A DNA stretch of 64,000 nucleotides from Octopus bimaculoides (lineage: Eukaryota): NCBI RefSeq assembly GCF_001194135.2, contig NC_068982.1, positions 113,602,112 through 113,666,111 of the forward strand, written 5' to 3'. The translations under genes were made by a program, and so were the position numbers. Of the stretch, positions 61,530 through 64,000 are shown piece after piece (the first letter of the stretch is position 1; every line of letters begins with the position of its first letter). The notes below the pieces were generated by a model that was not told the DNA's origin, ran no database searches, and worked only from the letters and a program-made list of their open reading frames with translations.

Positions 61530-62520
61530 ATCATCACTATCATCACCATCATCAACATCATCATACATTTGCTTTCCATGCTTGTATAGGCTGTCACAGT
61601 CAGTGTCATTTCTTATTGAGTGTTGCTTCTCCTATAGACTGGCGCTTGTATGTGCCATTTGGCTTTCTACAACCAGATATCACAAACCACTATTCTATCA
61701 CTTCCTATCGCAAACCACTGTTCAGTGTACTGGGTGCCTTTTTTTCCTTGGCATCAACCCTAGAGAAGTTGAATAGTCCTCAGCAACACAGGACTAAAGG
61801 GACCTCACAACTTTATGCTTTCTCTGCTCACTTGCCAGCCACTTTAGAGTGTGTACTGGGTATATTTTTTCAAGTTACAAGTACTAGAGAGGTTTTTTTT
61901 TTTTTTACTTATTAATCACTGTAGAGGGAACACAGAAGGGTGGAAGTTCTGTCGTAGCACCAGCACAGGAGTGCTTTGTAGTACATATTACATATAGAGA
62001 GTACTCAGTAACCTAAGATGTAAACTGATGAGGGAAATAGGAGAGATTGCAATGATAGCAGAAACAGTGGCTGAGAGGGACAAGACTGTCACTGTAGTGA
62101 GTACTCAATAATCCGGGGCCTGTATATTTGCTCAAGTTCTTGAGGAAGGAAAGTGGAGAGAGAGTGATGATTTGAGAAGGACTAGTATAAAGGGTGGTGG
62201 GGAAAAAGGGAGCAAGAATATGATGAAATTTGGTCCCTGCCCCACCCCATCCGGGATTTTGGGGGAGAAATTGGGAGGGGAGTGATTGATAATTAGAGAG
62301 GTGGACAAAGGTAGGGGTGAGTGATAAGATAAGGTGGTGAGTGACGATAGGTGTAGCCCAGAGTAGAGTGAGTGACAGCTGGCTGTACAGAAAGACAAAG
62401 TTATAAGGGTATCAGGGTAGGAAGTGAGGGTGCTGCAGTGTAATCTGTTACACATAGGCCTAATGTAGGATATGAGAGTCAGAGTTCTCAGGGAGTCTAC
62501 AGAACATTAAGATTATCTAT
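61530..62520 (-). mobile_element. Family D tail plus RTE pyrimidine-rich 3' UTR
   Basis: (CAT)n tail, tttccatgcttgtatagg, repeated ccact...agtgtactgggt modules, then a purine-rich plus-strand tract 62000-62460. Confidence 0.6.
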
Positions 62521-63415
62521 TGCTTGTCATTTTCACCAGAACAATTTTGATGACTGAAGGAAAACAGAATGCAATAGTTTATCTGATCCATTTGAAATCT
62601 AAGTTGAGGTCATGACATAATCATGCTGTGAGAAATAAAAGCTTATGTAGAAGTATTGATGTTTGTAGCAATTTATGTTGACCATAATGAAGATTTATCT
62701 TGCATGTAAAAGCATTATTGAATTGAATGAAATCTGAATTTATTATTTTTTTTGAAATTTACTAAATAAGAGTATACCAATTGAAATTATGAAAACTAGA
62801 AAGCAATTTGAAATAGAGCAATTTGAAATATGTTATGCTAGTTAGTAACAGGTGGTTAAGTCATTCATGTTTTACAGGAAAATAAAATAACAAGCACAAA
62901 ACTTCTTTATATATATATATATACATACATGTACAGTAAACTGTAGACACATTGGAACAAATACACATTTACTTACACCAATCAATATATCATCTATGTT
63001 TGTGTACAGATACACATTGTGTCATAAAATGTCTATGGTATGAATGAATATATGTGACAGATTGTTCCTGTATGTATTTGAATTATTATTACTACTACTA
63101 TGTGGGACTGACATTCTGACAAAATAAATATAAAATCTTTGATACTTAAAAGTTGACTTTTGAATTGTGGCATATGTAAGGTAATGGCCTGGTTGTAAGC
63201 TATACATGTAAGTATTAAAATTAATCTTATTCTAATCTTTAAATCTAATTGAAACTAAAATCTCAATCTTTTGTACATTCTCTGAATTCAGTTGCTTTGT
63301 TTGTTGCAAATGAAATCCCATTAAACTTAAGCAATCAACTGAAGCCACGTATGACTGTTAACATTAATTAGTTTACAGATTACATTCCAGCTATGACTAT
63401 TTCATCTTATCAAAC

Positions 63416-63452
<37 letters not shown>

Positions 63453-63454
63453 TC

Positions 63455-63505
63455 ATTATTATCATTTAACATCTGCCTTCCATGCTGGCATGGATTGGAC
63501 GATGT
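63455..63505 (-). mobile_element. Family D tail, short
   Basis: atcatttaacatctgccttccatgctggcatggattggac. Confidence 0.7.
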
Positions 63506-64000
63506 AGATATAGTTAAAAAATGTGGTGAATTGTGAAAAATGTAAAAAGAAGGAAAGTACACATAATTTTTATGTTGTACAATATATATATATATACACA
63601 TGCATATATATATTACCAACACGGTCACTACTACTACTACAACCAACAAAAAATGCTCCCATGTGGACTATGTTGACACCAGTAAGGAACAATTATGAAC
63701 TTTTCATTTAATTTCATTTTTTTTAAATATGTATTTTTGATAAGGTTCGTTCTTTCAAGAACCGAAATATGTTAAAAATATCTCTGACAAAATTATGAAT
63801 TAAAATTCATTTTTTATATATTGCCGTTTTCAAACTTCTTTTTTATAAATACATATATATATATGCATGTATATTCGGTCAGTACTTCATATATCCTAAA
63901 AAGAAGCACACTCTAAAACATTAGAGCAGTAGTATATTTAGAAGATTGTTTGTTATGACCGGTCAGAGAGTGACCATTTGTTTTGCAAACTAACCATGAT

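Overview
AT-rich, repeat-dense eukaryotic genomic DNA with three assembly gaps. The SINE families, the (TTAGGG)n tract and the RTE/R4 content point to an octopus (cephalopod) scaffold; this is inference, not a database result. No complete, recognisable host protein-coding gene can be supported, and most ORF-track entries are microsatellite or gap artefacts or transposon debris. Well-supported content: (1) a microsatellite-nucleated stack at 4.6-10.3 kb made of a head-to-tail Helitron dimer, R4/Dong-like RLE retrotransposon pieces, Meta-domain SINEs and a HINE-like element; (2) many tRNA-derived SINEs and RTE 3' tails; (3) Tc1/mariner (DD37D- and DD41D-like) relics; (4) a 2.5-kb hAT element with TIRs and an 8-bp TSD; (5) a scrambled Helitron; (6) hAT and piggyBac MITEs; (7) CR1 fragments; (8) a 1.47-kb solo LTR with a 4-bp TSD and intact promoter motifs. 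The LTR lies in a CpG-retaining domain of about 11 kb that also holds a candidate three-exon small-ORF gene on the minus strand. The most unusual observations are a 143-bp-arm foldback whose loop copies a neighbouring transposon, the (TAA)n landing-pad stack, chimeric SINE and RLE junctions, and the solo LTR lying antisense within the candidate gene. I did not find a clearly novel multi-gene system.
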